A stretch of DNA of 64,000 nt from Dehalococcoidia bacterium (GCA_963665735.1 OY762444.1:3787547-3851546), one strand, 5' to 3'; shown: positions 8,332 to 17,451, counted from the first letter of the stretch. The notes: generated by a model from the sequence alone, not told the origin. Made by a program: numbers and translations.

Positions 8332-9333
8332 GTGGATATGCAGAACGAAAGCAACAACCAGAACATCCTGCTCAAGGTTGACGGCCTGAAGACCTACTTC
8401 TTCCAACGCCACGGCGTGCTGAAGGCGGTGGATGGGGTAAGTTTCACCATCCACGAGGGCGAGGCTGTGGGGTTGGTGGGCGAGTCGGGCAGCGGCAAGA
8501 CCATGACCTGCCTTTCCCTGATGCGGCTGGTTCCCCGGCCCGGCGCGCAGATTGTAGAGGGGGAGGTCTGGTTCAAGGGGGAGAACCTGCTGGAACTGCC
8601 GGAAAGCCGGATGCGGGAGTACCGGGGTCACCGCATGGCGATAATCATGCAGGACCCCCAAACGTCGCTGAATCCGGTTTACACGGTCGGGGAGCAGGTG
8701 GCGGAGCCGGTGCGGTTGCACCTGCACGAACACGGCCAGCAGGCGTTGGAACGGGTGCTGGACTCCCTGCGGGCGGTGCGGATTCCCCGCCCGGAACTGC
8801 GATTAAAGCAATACCCCCACCAGTTCAGCGGCGGCATGAGGCAAAGGGTGGTGGCGGCTATGGGCTTAACCACGGAGCCGGAGCTGCTGATTGCCGACGA
8901 GCCTACCACCTCGCTTGACGTTACGATTCAAGCCCAATTCCTGGGGTTAATTCGGGAGTTGCAGCGGGAAAGCGGCACCAGCGTTATCTGGGTGACGCAC
9001 GACCTGGGCATTGTCGCGCAGATGTGCGACCGGGTTAACGTGATGTACGCCGGGCGCATCGTGGAAAGCGGCGGCGTCCGCCAGATATACAAGGAACCCC
9101 AGCATCCCTACACGCGCGCGCTGCTGGATTCGGTGCCGGTGATGGGAGACAAGCGGGAGCGGCTGTACCAGATTGAGGGCCAGCCGCCGGACTTGCGGGA
9201 CATTCCCCAGGGCTGTCCCTTCTGGCCGCGCTGCCCGGAGGCGATGGACAAGTGCAAGGAGGAGTACCCGCCGCGCACATCTTTGGGTGGCGAGGACTTC
9301 GTGCATTGCTGGCTGGCGGAGCCGGGGGGGTAA
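8332..9333 (+). CDS. ABC transporter ATP-binding protein (DppD/OppD-like)
   Basis: Walker A GESGSGKT, signature FSGGMRQRV, Walker B LLIADEPTTSLD, C-terminal oligopeptide-type Cys-rich tail. Confidence 0.9.
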   Translation: MDMQNESNNQNILLKVDGLKTYFFQRHGVLKAVDGVSFTIHEGEAVGLVGESGSGKTMTCLSLMRLVPRPGAQIVEGEVWFKGENLLELPESRMREYRGHRMAIIMQDPQTSLNPVYTVGEQVAEPVRLHLHEHGQQALERVLDSLRAVRIPRPELRLKQYPHQFSGGMRQRVVAAMGLTTEPELLIADEPTTSLDVTIQAQFLGLIRELQRESGTSVIWVTHDLGIVAQMCDRVNVMYAGRIVESGGVRQIYKEPQHPYTRALLDSVPVMGDKRERLYQIEGQPPDLRDIPQGCPFWPRCPEAMDKCKEEYPPRTSLGGEDFVHCWLAEPGG

Positions 9334-9334
9334 T

Positions 9335-10318
9335 TTGGCTGACCGATTGCTGGAAGTAGAAGGACTGGTCAAGCACTTCCGCGGCAGCGGGGGCCTGCTG
9401 GGACGAAACGCCGAGGCAATCCGCGCGGTTGACGGCGTTAACTTTTCCATTGGGGAGGGCGAGACTTTCGCCTTGGTGGGAGAAAGCGGCTGCGGCAAGA
9501 CTACCGTAGCCAAGATGATCCTGCTGTTGGAGCGGCCCACCGGGGGACTAATCCGGTTCAAGGGCCAGGACGTTAACGGACTGCGGGGCGGCGGCCTGAA
9601 GGAATACAAACGGTTGGTGCAGGCGGTTTTCCAGGACCCGTACAGTTCCCTTAACCCGCGGATGCAGGTTTTGGACATAATCGGGGAACCGTTGCAAGTT
9701 CACCAGGGGATGCGGGGCCGGGAACTGCGGATGCGGGTGGGGGAGTTGCTGGAAAACGTGGGGTTAAGCCCGGTAACCGGGTCCTTCTTTCCGCACCAGT
9801 TCAGCGGCGGCCAGCGTCAGCGCATCGCCATTGCCCGCGCTCTGGCGTTGCGGCCTCAGTTGATTGTGCTTGATGAGCCGGTGTCGGGGTTGGACGTTTC
9901 CATCCGCGCCCAGATTCTCAACCTGCTGGTTGACCTGCAAAGCGACCTGGGGTTGAGCTACCTGCTCATCTCCCACGACCTGGCCATCGTGGAGCACATG
10001 AGCCACCGGGTAGGGGTGATGTACGTAGGCAAGATGGTGGAGTTGGCGGACAAAGAAGACCTGTACGCCAACACGCTGCACCCGTACAGCCGGGCCTTGC
10101 TGGCCTCGGTTCCCCAGCCGGACCCGGACATACCGATGGGAGAAACCATCAGCGGCGAAGTTGCCAGCCCCATCAACCCGCCCACCGGCTGCCGGTTCCA
10201 TCCCCGTTGCCCTATCTATATGGAAACGGGAATGTGCCGGGAGGTGGAACCGCAATGGCGGGAAATCGAGGCGGAACACTTGACCGCGTGCCACAAGGTT
10301 GAGCCGGCGGTGGTCTAA
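9335..10318 (+). CDS. ABC transporter ATP-binding protein (DppF/OppF-like)
   Basis: ORF 9173..10318 trimmed to TTG 9335, directly after the upstream stop. GESGCGKTT, FSGGQRQRIAIARAL, LIVLDEPVSGLD. Confidence 0.85.
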   Translation: MADRLLEVEGLVKHFRGSGGLLGRNAEAIRAVDGVNFSIGEGETFALVGESGCGKTTVAKMILLLERPTGGLIRFKGQDVNGLRGGGLKEYKRLVQAVFQDPYSSLNPRMQVLDIIGEPLQVHQGMRGRELRMRVGELLENVGLSPVTGSFFPHQFSGGQRQRIAIARALALRPQLIVLDEPVSGLDVSIRAQILNLLVDLQSDLGLSYLLISHDLAIVEHMSHRVGVMYVGKMVELADKEDLYANTLHPYSRALLASVPQPDPDIPMGETISGEVASPINPPTGCRFHPRCPIYMETGMCREVEPQWREIEAEHLTACHKVEPAVV

Positions 10319-10374
10319 GAAGGTGTGCTGAAAGTCCCTTCTTCGTTGCTTTCCCAACAGGATGCCAACCCCAA

Positions 10375-10397
10375 CCCTCCCCCTCGCAGGGGGAGGG
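10375..10397 (+). repeat. B-type hairpin repeat
   Basis: CCCTCCCCC tcgca GGGGGAGGG. Its left flank (10321-10374) is shared with the copy at 35083-35143. Confidence 0.9.
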
Positions 10398-10484
10398 GAT
10401 TCATCACACACCCTCTAGCCTGGCAGTTGGGAACGGGACGATTCCCATTGGAATTGCCGAAAATTGCGGTAACGCCGTCGCCAG

Positions 10485-11144
10485 TCAGCCGTCGCGGAGT
10501 AGGGAGTAGTCGAACTGTTCCAGGCTGTCCAGGATTACGTGGGCCTGGCTGATGTCCATGTTGCGGGTGGAGTGGGTGCGGACGGCGATGGTGTAGGCGC
10601 CGGATCCTACGGCGGCTTGAATCCCCACCGGCGAATCCTCGATGGCGATGCAGGAATGGGGGGGCAGACCCAGGCATTGCGCCGCCAGCCGGTAAATGTC
10701 CGGGTGGGGTTTCCCGTTGACCACGTCGTCCCCACCCAGCACCACGTCAAAGGCGTCTTGCAGCTTGATGGTTTCCAACTTCAACCGCACCCACTTTCTC
10801 AGGGACGACGACGCGACGGCCCTGGGCAGCCCGCGGCGGACACATTCGTCAATGAGTTGCTTGACCCCCGGTTGGGGTTGCAGTTCCTCCCGCAGCACTT
10901 GGCGCACCATGCCGTCGTACTCGTCAATGTAGCCCTGGATTGAGCCGGGCAGGTTCCGCATTTGTTTCAGTCGCACCCAAGTCTCTTCCACGGTGGTTCC
11001 CAGCAGACGCGCTTCATTTTCCTCTTCGGAGATGGGAGCTTCGCCGTGGCCGGTGACCAGGCGGTTGATGGCGACCAGGAACAGCGGTTCGCTGTCCACC
11101 AGCACGCCGTCCATGTCAAAAATGATTCCCTGGTAGTCTCCCAT
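10485..11144 (-). CDS. HAD-IA family hydrolase (phosphatase/beta-phosphoglucomutase-like)
   Basis: N-terminal IIFDMDGVLVDSE motif I. GGDDVVNGKPHPDIY and IAIEDSPVGIQAA motifs. Confidence 0.85.
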   Translation of the reverse strand: MGDYQGIIFDMDGVLVDSEPLFLVAINRLVTGHGEAPISEEENEARLLGTTVEETWVRLKQMRNLPGSIQGYIDEYDGMVRQVLREELQPQPGVKQLIDECVRRGLPRAVASSSLRKWVRLKLETIKLQDAFDVVLGGDDVVNGKPHPDIYRLAAQCLGLPPHSCIAIEDSPVGIQAAVGSGAYTIAVRTHSTRNMDISQAHVILDSLEQFDYSLLRDG

Positions 11145-11178
11145 TCGTTCTTCCTTCCCGCGCCGATATGGGCGCAGC

Positions 11179-12297
11179 CTAATCCGCCGTGTTTTCCTCT
11201 GCCACCATGAAGCAGGAGGACGCCTTGAACACGGCCCATAAATTCATGCCGGGCCGGATTCCCATTTCCGACAGGGACCGGCCGGTAATGTGGCACCGGA
11301 AAGGGACGCCGTGACATTCCAATGCTACCTGATACCCTGGCGGGCGCAACTCGACGCCGGTGACGGTTCCTTGCAACTGGTTGCGGGCCGACGAACTGGC
11401 TAGTCTATCGCCGGCCAGTATAACGTCGGAGGCCCGGATGCCTACCAGCAACGGTTGGCCGATTTCCAGGTCGGTCAAAGGCACTTCCAGCCGCAATGCC
11501 GGATGTCCCGGCGGCGGGTCGTCTGCCGACACGCAGACCATTGAACCATCCTGGGGATAGCGTTGCTCCACCCGCATGGGCAGCACGTTTTCGACGCCCA
11601 CCAAGCGGGCAACCCGACCCTGGCCCGGCTGGCCCAGCATCCGCAACGGCTCTCCCCGGTCGAGGGTTCGGCCCCGGTCAAGGACTTGCACTTCGTCGCC
11701 CAAGGCCAGAGCCTCCTCCCGGTCGTGAGTAACCAGGACTACCGGGATATTGGCTTGTTCCAGTATAGCCCGGATTTGTCCGCGAAGGGTTCGTCTTAAC
11801 TCGGCGTCCAATGAGGAAAACGGTTCGTCCAGCAGCAGGGCAGCCGGCTGGACGGCCAAGGCGCGGGCCAAGGCCACCCGCTGCTGCTGCCCGCCGGAGA
11901 GTTCCCAGGTGCGTCGTTCTTCCAGACCCTCCAACCGGAAAACGCTGACAAGTTCTTCCACCCTGGTCTGACGTTCTTGCCGGGTTTCGCCCCCCATGCC
12001 GTAGCGGATGTTGCCGCTGACGGTCAGGTGCGGGAAAAGGTTGTATTGCTGGGTCAGGTAGCCGACGTTTCTTTTGTGGGGCGGCGTCCAGACCCGGCGC
12101 GCTCCGTCGTAAACCACCCGTTCCCCAACCTCGATGCGGCCCTGGTCGGGGCGCAGCAGCCCGGCTATGGCGCGCAAAGCGGTGGTCTTGCCGGCGCCGG
12201 ACGGGCCGTAAAGGACCAGCACCTGACCGGGAGACGCTTCCCATTCGGTTTCCAGGACGAAATCGGCCAGACTGCAACGCACCCAACCGCGGGTCAT
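11179..12297 (-). CDS. modC: molybdate ABC transporter ATP-binding protein with C-terminal TOBE/Mop domain
   Basis: ORF 11179..12576 trimmed to ATG 12297 (ATGA overlap with the modB stop). GPSGAGKTT, LSGGQQQRVALARAL, LLLDEPFSSLD. C-terminal NQLQGTVTGVE TOBE-like segment. Confidence 0.85.
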   Translation of the reverse strand: MTRGWVRCSLADFVLETEWEASPGQVLVLYGPSGAGKTTALRAIAGLLRPDQGRIEVGERVVYDGARRVWTPPHKRNVGYLTQQYNLFPHLTVSGNIRYGMGGETRQERQTRVEELVSVFRLEGLEERRTWELSGGQQQRVALARALAVQPAALLLDEPFSSLDAELRRTLRGQIRAILEQANIPVVLVTHDREEALALGDEVQVLDRGRTLDRGEPLRMLGQPGQGRVARLVGVENVLPMRVEQRYPQDGSMVCVSADDPPPGHPALRLEVPLTDLEIGQPLLVGIRASDVILAGDRLASSSARNQLQGTVTGVELRPPGYQVALECHGVPFRCHITGRSLSEMGIRPGMNLWAVFKASSCFMVAEENTAD

Positions 12298-13109
12298 AGC
12301 CGGCCCTCCCAACGCCGCCGGGCCAGGACGCCAAGGATGGCGAGTACCGCCAAGGAACCGGCCAGCAACAGGGCGGACATGGCCAGGGCAGAACCGATGT
12401 CGGTTTCCATTGCGGTCAGGATGGCCAGGGGCATGGTCTGGGTGCGTCCGGTCAGGTTGCCGGCGAACATGATGGTTGCGCCGAACTCGGAGATGGCCCG
12501 CGCCCAGGCCAAGGCGAGTCCGCCCAGAATGGACGGGGCGGCCAAGGGCAGGGTCAACCGCCAGAAGGTTGACCAAGGGGAAACTCCTAGCGTCTGGGAA
12601 ACGTCCTCAAATTCCTTGCCGATGGACTGGAATCCCAGCTTGGCGGCCCGGATGTAGAAGGGAGCGGCCACAAAGACCTGGGCGAAAATCACGGCTATGG
12701 CGGTGAAGGGCAGATGTATGCCCATGCCGGTCAGGGCCGGGCCGACGATGCCCTGCCGTCCGAAAGCCATCAGCATGGCAACGCCGGCCACCACCGGGGG
12801 CAGGACGATGGGGAGTTCGACCACGGCGTCCACCGCTTTGAGCGCTACTGAATCGCCGCGGGCCAGCAGGTAGGCCAACGGCGTCCCAAAAACCACCACC
12901 ACGGCCATGCTGACCGCGCTGGTGATTAAGGAAAGTTGCAAAGCCTGCACCGTCAAGCTGCTGGTCAGGCTGGCGGCAAAGTCGCTTTGCTGGCCGGCCC
13001 GAACCAGCATCGCCAACACCGGCAGCCCGATGAAAACCAGGTACAGGACGGTGGCGGCCCACCCGGCTGGCGCCCACGGGTTGGAAGGGTTGATGACTTT
13101 GCGAAACAT
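12294..13109 (-). CDS. modB: molybdate ABC transporter permease
   Basis: 271 aa, multi-TM. EFGATIMFAGNLTGRTQTMPLAI is the ModB/CysTW signature region. Confidence 0.9.
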   Translation of the reverse strand: MFRKVINPSNPWAPAGWAATVLYLVFIGLPVLAMLVRAGQQSDFAASLTSSLTVQALQLSLITSAVSMAVVVVFGTPLAYLLARGDSVALKAVDAVVELPIVLPPVVAGVAMLMAFGRQGIVGPALTGMGIHLPFTAIAVIFAQVFVAAPFYIRAAKLGFQSIGKEFEDVSQTLGVSPWSTFWRLTLPLAAPSILGGLALAWARAISEFGATIMFAGNLTGRTQTMPLAILTAMETDIGSALAMSALLLAGSLAVLAILGVLARRRWEGRL

Positions 13110-13130
13110 GGGTCGGCGGTTGGTGACTGC

Positions 13131-13976
13131 TCAGGGATTCCCGGGGACGTTTGCCGGAACGGCGGCGCTGTCGGATACCGGGGTGAATCCGTGGCGTTCC
13201 AAAATGCCTTGGCCCTGGGGCGACAACAGGAATCCTATGAATTGGCGGGCCGTTTCCGGCTGGCGGGCGTCGGCCAACGCAACGGCGGGATATTCGGCGG
13301 CGATGTTGCAGTCCTCGGGTATGGCGACGACTTCGACGCGGGGGGCAATATCTGCGGAAAGGGCATCGCTTTGGTAAACTAGCCCCGCGTCGGCGTCGCC
13401 CAACGCGACTTTCTGGGCCACGCTGCGGACGCTGGGTTCTTCAGATACTAGGTTGGCAAGGACTCGGGCGGCGAATCCGGGGCCGAACCCGTCTTTTGAG
13501 TCCAGGTTTTGCAGGACTTGCCGGGCATAGGCGCCGGCGGGAACGGCGGGTTGGGCAACTACCAGTTTTATTCCGGGCCGGGCCAGTTCGTCCAGGGCAA
13601 TTTTCTTGGAGGCGTGGCGGGAGTTTATCAACGCCAATCGGTTGATGGCGAAAACCGTCGGTTCTCCCCGGGTCAGTCCCGCCTCCGTCACGGCATCCGT
13701 CTGCCGCATATCCGCCGAGGCGAAAACGTCGGCCTTGGCCCCGTGTTCCAGTTGGGTACGCAGTTTTTGGCTGCCGGCGAAATTCAGGACGACGTTGACC
13801 TCCGGGTTGTCGGACTCAAACCGGGCGGCGATTTCGCGGAAAGCGTCGGTCAGGGATGAGGCCGCGAATACCACCAATTCAGTCCTACCGGCCCGTTGGG
13901 AAGTGTCGGCGGCGCAACCCGCTCCGGCCAAGAGGGTTGCGGCCCCAAGGGCCAGCGCAACGGCGATTTTGAGCAA
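13131..13976 (-). CDS. modA: molybdate ABC transporter substrate-binding lipoprotein
   Basis: TTG start. Lipobox LLAGAGC, then VFAASSLTDAFREIAARFE...NFAGSQKLRTQLEHGAKADVFASAD, typical ModA. Confidence 0.9.
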   Translation of the reverse strand: MLKIAVALALGAATLLAGAGCAADTSQRAGRTELVVFAASSLTDAFREIAARFESDNPEVNVVLNFAGSQKLRTQLEHGAKADVFASADMRQTDAVTEAGLTRGEPTVFAINRLALINSRHASKKIALDELARPGIKLVVAQPAVPAGAYARQVLQNLDSKDGFGPGFAARVLANLVSEEPSVRSVAQKVALGDADAGLVYQSDALSADIAPRVEVVAIPEDCNIAAEYPAVALADARQPETARQFIGFLLSPQGQGILERHGFTPVSDSAAVPANVPGNP

Positions 13977-14203
13977 AACAGAGCCAGCGACAGATTATTG
14001 CGCGGTGTGTGATGGGGGTATTTTAAGCCTGTCGCGTCGGAAAATCGCCCCTGCCGGGAGACAAGGGTTTTCGATTTTGCACCAAGGGCGTAATCCCCAA
14101 GGCTATCGCACATGAAGTTGTAACCCGGTCACTGCGGCGAAAGCAGAACCGATAGCGGGAAATGCGGCTTATTTTCGCAACCGGGCCACCGATTGGGGTT
14201 ACT

Positions 14204-14230
14204 GGATTCCGGCCTTCGCAGGAATGACGG
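14204..14230 (+). repeat. A-type hairpin repeat
   Basis: GGATTCCGGCCTTCGCAGGAATGACGG. Confidence 0.9.
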
Positions 14231-14273
14231 TAGCTCAACCGCCGATATGGGATTGCCCTGGCCTAATCTCCAA

Positions 14274-14431
14274 GACGATTGCAAAGTCCATGTCCCAACG
14301 ATGGGGAGGTGTCCAAGATGGGGATACATTTCCTTGACGTGGCAGTCACCCCCATCCTAACCTTCCCCCGTCAAGGGGGAAGGGACTATTGAACGCCTCC
14401 CAATACTGTTCCTACCGACTTTGCAATCGTC
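14274..14431. mobile_element. MITE-like element with perfect 15-bp terminal inverted repeats; carries a B-type hairpin
   Basis: GACGATTGCAAAGTC (14274-14288) and GACTTTGCAATCGTC (14417-14431) are exact reverse complements. GCCTAATCTC occurs just outside both ends (14261-14270 and 14434-14443). Confidence 0.5.
14361..14383 (+). repeat. B-type hairpin repeat (CCTTCCCCC/GGGGGAAGG variant)
   Basis: CCTTCCCCC gtcaa GGGGGAAGG. Both arms changed relative to consensus, keeping the pairing. Confidence 0.9.
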
Positions 14432-14452
14432 CTGCCTAATCTCAATAGGGTG

Positions 14453-14481
14453 TTGACGTTGCCGACGGGCTGGCGTTTAAT
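14453..14481 (+). promoter_or_regulatory. candidate promoter for the Lin0512-like gene
   Basis: TTGACG (14453-14458), 17-nt spacer, TTTAAT (14476-14481). A second TTGACG lies at 14492. Confidence 0.3.
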
Positions 14482-14568
14482 GGCTAGCGGGTTGACGTTG
14501 GGAAAGGGGTTGCAGAGCAAGCGATTCCGGGTTTATTCGAAACTGCCGGTTGAGGGAGGCAAAGCGAT

Positions 14569-14913
14569 ATGGCTCTGGTGCGATGTGTGACTGAAATGGG
14601 GATGGGGGTTGACGTTCACGGGTTGGACTATACCAGCGCGGCGCAGCGGGCCGTGTTTGACGCGATTCACCACAGCAGCCTGGGTTTCCAGCGGATGTTG
14701 GGGAAGACCGCCGACGATATGCGGGTGGACGTAACCATCGGGGTGCCCCAGCCGGATAAGGTGGACGGCGACGCGGTGCTGTCGGTTCTGCCCCACGGCA
14801 CGGGCTACATCAACGTCGTTCCCGGCGGGCTGGAAGTCCTGAACGACGGCGGCGACGATGGGACGCTCATCGCCAACGCCATTATCATCGTCAGTTTTGA
14901 CGACGGGACTTAG
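14569..14913 (+). CDS. Lin0512-family small conserved protein (function unknown)
   Basis: GGGAGG RBS before the ATG. EMGMGVDVHGLDYTSAAQRAVFDAI...VTIGVPQP resembles the Lin0512 family (TIGR02058) as I recall it. Confidence 0.55.
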   Translation: MALVRCVTEMGMGVDVHGLDYTSAAQRAVFDAIHHSSLGFQRMLGKTADDMRVDVTIGVPQPDKVDGDAVLSVLPHGTGYINVVPGGLEVLNDGGDDGTLIANAIIIVSFDDGT

Positions 14914-14965
14914 CAGCGTCATTCCGGGGAAAGCTGGAACGACGGTTATTCGACCCCCACCCTAA

Positions 14966-14988
14966 CCCTCCCCCTCGTAGGGGGAGGG
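14966..14988 (+). repeat. B-type hairpin repeat
   Basis: CCCTCCCCC tcgta GGGGGAGGG followed by GATTTAT. Lies downstream of a plus-strand gene. Confidence 0.9.
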
Positions 14989-15005
14989 GATTTATCGCAC
15001 AGCCT

Positions 15006-15132
15006 CCTAAGAAACTATCTCAAGACAGAGCGGACATCCCCAAGTGGTAGGAAATCCCCCGCATTGAAAGCCCGGCCCGCTTTACAAAGGGGGAGACATT
15101 GGGCGATTCGCGTTTTGGGATAGTTTCTAAGG
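15006..15132. repeat. 14-bp inverted-repeat pair enclosing about 100 bp
   Basis: CCTAAGAAACTATC (15006-15019) versus GATAGTTTCTAAGG (15119-15132), 13/14 complementary. Confidence 0.6.
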
Positions 15133-15143
15133 GCGCCGGTTGT

Positions 15144-15255
15144 GGGTTCCCGCTTTCGCGGGAATGACGGTAGAGGTCAGGAATGATTTTCACCCAGGGC
15201 GGGAATGATATTCACCCAGGGTGGGAATGACGAATTACGAAATTGACGACACCCC
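15144..15255 (+). repeat. composite A-type module (hairpin plus two GGGAATGA half-units plus conserved tail)
   Basis: GGGTTCCCGCTTTCGCGGGAATGACGG...GAATGATTTTCACCCAGGGCGGGAATGATATTCACCCAGGGTGGGAATGACGAATTACGAAATTGACGACACCCC. A near copy lies at 33558-33630. Confidence 0.85.
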
Positions 15256-15379
15256 TTAGCGGAGGGTCTGCGAAACCGGACTGAACCGCTGTGACGGGAA
15301 AACCCGAAAGCCCCGGCCATTGACCGGGGCTTGGCTTTTGCGATGGTTCGGGGCGCCGATTCCGGCCCTTGTTGTTGGG

Positions 15380-15622
15380 TTAGTGTTCCTGGGGGGCGCG
15401 GGTGCTGAAGACCTTTTCGCCCTTCTTGAAGATGCAGCGGCGGATGTTGTTCTCCAACTCCGTGGGGTCGGTCACTGCTGGGTAGCGCTGGCGGGCCTCG
15501 TCGCTGCGCAGGTAGGCATACATCTTTTCCAGGACATCGTCTTCCGAGTCTCCCGTGATGATGGTCTTGTCGCGGGAGTCGGACAGAAAGTTGCTGGCCC
15601 TGGCGTAGAAAACGTCTGGCAT
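15380..15622 (-). CDS. hypothetical small protein (80 aa)
   Basis: Strong GGAGGAG RBS before the ATG, and codon usage like neighbouring genes. I recognise no family. Confidence 0.55.
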   Translation of the reverse strand: MPDVFYARASNFLSDSRDKTIITGDSEDDVLEKMYAYLRSDEARQRYPAVTDPTELENNIRRCIFKKGEKVFSTRAPQEH

Positions 15623-15695
15623 AATCTCCTCCTCGACTTGCTTGGCCGGGCCGTGGTTCCCGTTTCAACCCCGGCATAGCCTAAAGTGCGCCAAC

Positions 15696-15724
15696 ATTAT
15701 ACGACATTTCCCGCCGTCTGGCAC
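15696..15724 (-). promoter_or_regulatory. candidate promoter for the 80-aa ORF
   Basis: Minus strand reads GTGCCA, 17-nt spacer, TATAAT (perfect -10; plus coordinates 15696-15701). Confidence 0.3.
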
Positions 15725-15786
15725 AGGTTTTGCGGGTTTCCAGGGCAATTGCCGGAAATTCCCCGGTTCCCGGCCCTGTCGGCGGG

Positions 15787-17382
15787 TCAGGGTTCTTCGT
15801 CCTGGGGGCGGCCCCAACCGCCACCGCCGGGGGTGCGGATGCTCAGAATATCCCCGGGCTCCACGTCCAGGGTTTCTTTGCCCTTGAGTTGGACTTCTTC
15901 GTAGCCGCCGCGGAACAGCACGTTTTCGCCGGGGTGTCCGTGGTGGCCGCCGTGGTAGCCGGGCGGGGGAAACTTGCGCCGCTCGGAAAGGACCGTCACC
16001 CGGGCCGGGCTGAGAAACTCCACGTCCCTGACCATCCCGTCGCCGCCGTGATGCTGGCCGCGCCCCCCAGAACCCCGGCGCAGGGCATACCGTTTCAACC
16101 GCAGGGGGAAGGCAAATTCCATCGCCTCGATGGGGGTGTTCATGGTGTTGGTCATGTGGGTATGGATTCCCGAAATGCCGTCCTGGGCGGGCCGGGCGCC
16201 CATGCCGCCGCCGATGGTTTCGTAATAGACGAAGGGCTTGTCGCGGGTCAAGTCGTGGCCGCCAATCAGCAGGTTGTTCATGGTTCCCTGGCTGGCTGCC
16301 GGCATCACGTCCGGGAGGGCTTGGGCCAAGGCCGCGAAAAGGACGTCGGTGATGCGCTGGGAGGTTTCCACGTTGCCGCCGGCGACGCCCCGTTGGGGTT
16401 GGGGATTGACCAGCGTTCCCAAGGGGGTGATGATTTCCACGGGGCGGAGGCAGCCCTGGTTGGCCGGGGCGTCATCGCCGACGATGCACCGGACGGCGTA
16501 GAGGGAGGCCGACACGGTTACGGCCTGGGGAGCGTTGATGCAGCCGGGCCGTTGGGGGGAGGTGCCGGTGAAGTCAATGGTCATTTGGTCGCCGGCGACG
16601 GTGATGGTTACGGCGATGGGAACCGGCTCATCGGTCAAGCCGTCGTCGTCCATGTAGTCCACAACCCGGTATGCGCCGTCGGGGATGCGGTCAATGGCCC
16701 GGCGGGTTACTCTTTCCGAGTAGTCCAGCAGGGCGGCCATGTGTTCCAGGGTGTCGGCGACGCCGTAGGTTTCGACGACTTCCTGCAATCGCTTTTCGCC
16801 GACGCGGATGGCGGCAATCTGGGCGGCCAGGTCGCCCTTGCGTTCCTCCGGGGTGCGGGAGTTGCGGCAGATGAGTTGCACTACTTCCTGGTTCAGCCGG
16901 CCCGACCGGGCCAGCTTGAGGGGGGGCAAAATCAGCCCTTCCTGGTAAAGCTCGGTGGACAGGGGCAGGGACCCGGGGGTCATGCCGCCCACGTCGGCGT
17001 GGTGGCCGCGGTTGGACACGAACCCGGCCAACTGCCGTTCCCGGCCTTGGCCGGTATAGACCGGGGCAACCAGGGTAATGTCGGGCAGGTGGGTGCCGCC
17101 CAGGTACGGGTCGTTGAGGACTACCATATCCCCCGGACGCAGGGCGTTGGGGAAGGTGTCGAGGGCGGCCTGCACCGAGGCGGGCATGGCGCCCAAATGC
17201 ACCGGCTGATGGGCGGCCTGGGCCACCATTTGCCCGTCGCGGTCAAAGACGGCGCAGGAAAAATCCCGCCGTTCCTTGATGTTGGGGGAATAAGCGGTTC
17301 GTTGCAGGGCGACGCCCATCTCTTCGGAGACGGAGATAAACATATTCTTGAAAACTTCGAGGCTTATGGGGTCAACGGGCAT
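15787..17382 (-). CDS. hyuB: hydantoinase B/oxoprolinase family protein
   Basis: 531 aa. DPISLEVFKNMFISVSEEMG...RTAYSPNIKERRDFSCAVFD is typical of the HyuB N-terminus. Confidence 0.9.
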   Translation of the reverse strand: MPVDPISLEVFKNMFISVSEEMGVALQRTAYSPNIKERRDFSCAVFDRDGQMVAQAAHQPVHLGAMPASVQAALDTFPNALRPGDMVVLNDPYLGGTHLPDITLVAPVYTGQGRERQLAGFVSNRGHHADVGGMTPGSLPLSTELYQEGLILPPLKLARSGRLNQEVVQLICRNSRTPEERKGDLAAQIAAIRVGEKRLQEVVETYGVADTLEHMAALLDYSERVTRRAIDRIPDGAYRVVDYMDDDGLTDEPVPIAVTITVAGDQMTIDFTGTSPQRPGCINAPQAVTVSASLYAVRCIVGDDAPANQGCLRPVEIITPLGTLVNPQPQRGVAGGNVETSQRITDVLFAALAQALPDVMPAASQGTMNNLLIGGHDLTRDKPFVYYETIGGGMGARPAQDGISGIHTHMTNTMNTPIEAMEFAFPLRLKRYALRRGSGGRGQHHGGDGMVRDVEFLSPARVTVLSERRKFPPPGYHGGHHGHPGENVLFRGGYEEVQLKGKETLDVEPGDILSIRTPGGGGWGRPQDEEP

Positions 17383-17414
17383 TGCTTATAACAACCTTCT
17401 TTCTCACACAGAGG

Positions 17415-17429
17415 CACGGAGACTCAGAG
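17415..17429 (+). repeat. left inverted repeat flanking the GxxExxY cassette
   Basis: CACGGAGACTCAGAG, within a CACAGAG-rich stretch (17405-17440). Confidence 0.7.
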
Positions 17430-17451
17430 GGGCACAGAGATTTTTTGAGAT

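Noticed and set aside
10321-10415. Terminal inverted repeats around the first B element (AGGTGTGCTGA ... TCATCACACACCCT)
   Set aside because: The match is short and gapped. The sister copy at 35083-35166 lacks the right-hand arm, so I do not call it a bounded MITE.
13977-14200. Molybdenum-cofactor (Moco) riboswitch upstream of modA
   Set aside because: I looked on the minus strand for the conserved Moco features as I remember them (a CCUCCGAG-like segment and GGAAAGG) and did not find them. The leader is largely occupied by A/B repeats and a MITE-like element. Only a covariance-model search could settle it.
15730-17391. 553-aa plus-strand ORF
   Set aside because: Shadow ORF opposite hyuB. 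The same explanation applies to 17892..18725, 20318..21211, 21192..22346, 24222..25052, 32305..33177, 33422..34822, 35181..36506, 40632..41960, 45225..46034, 55174..56343 and 61375..62907.
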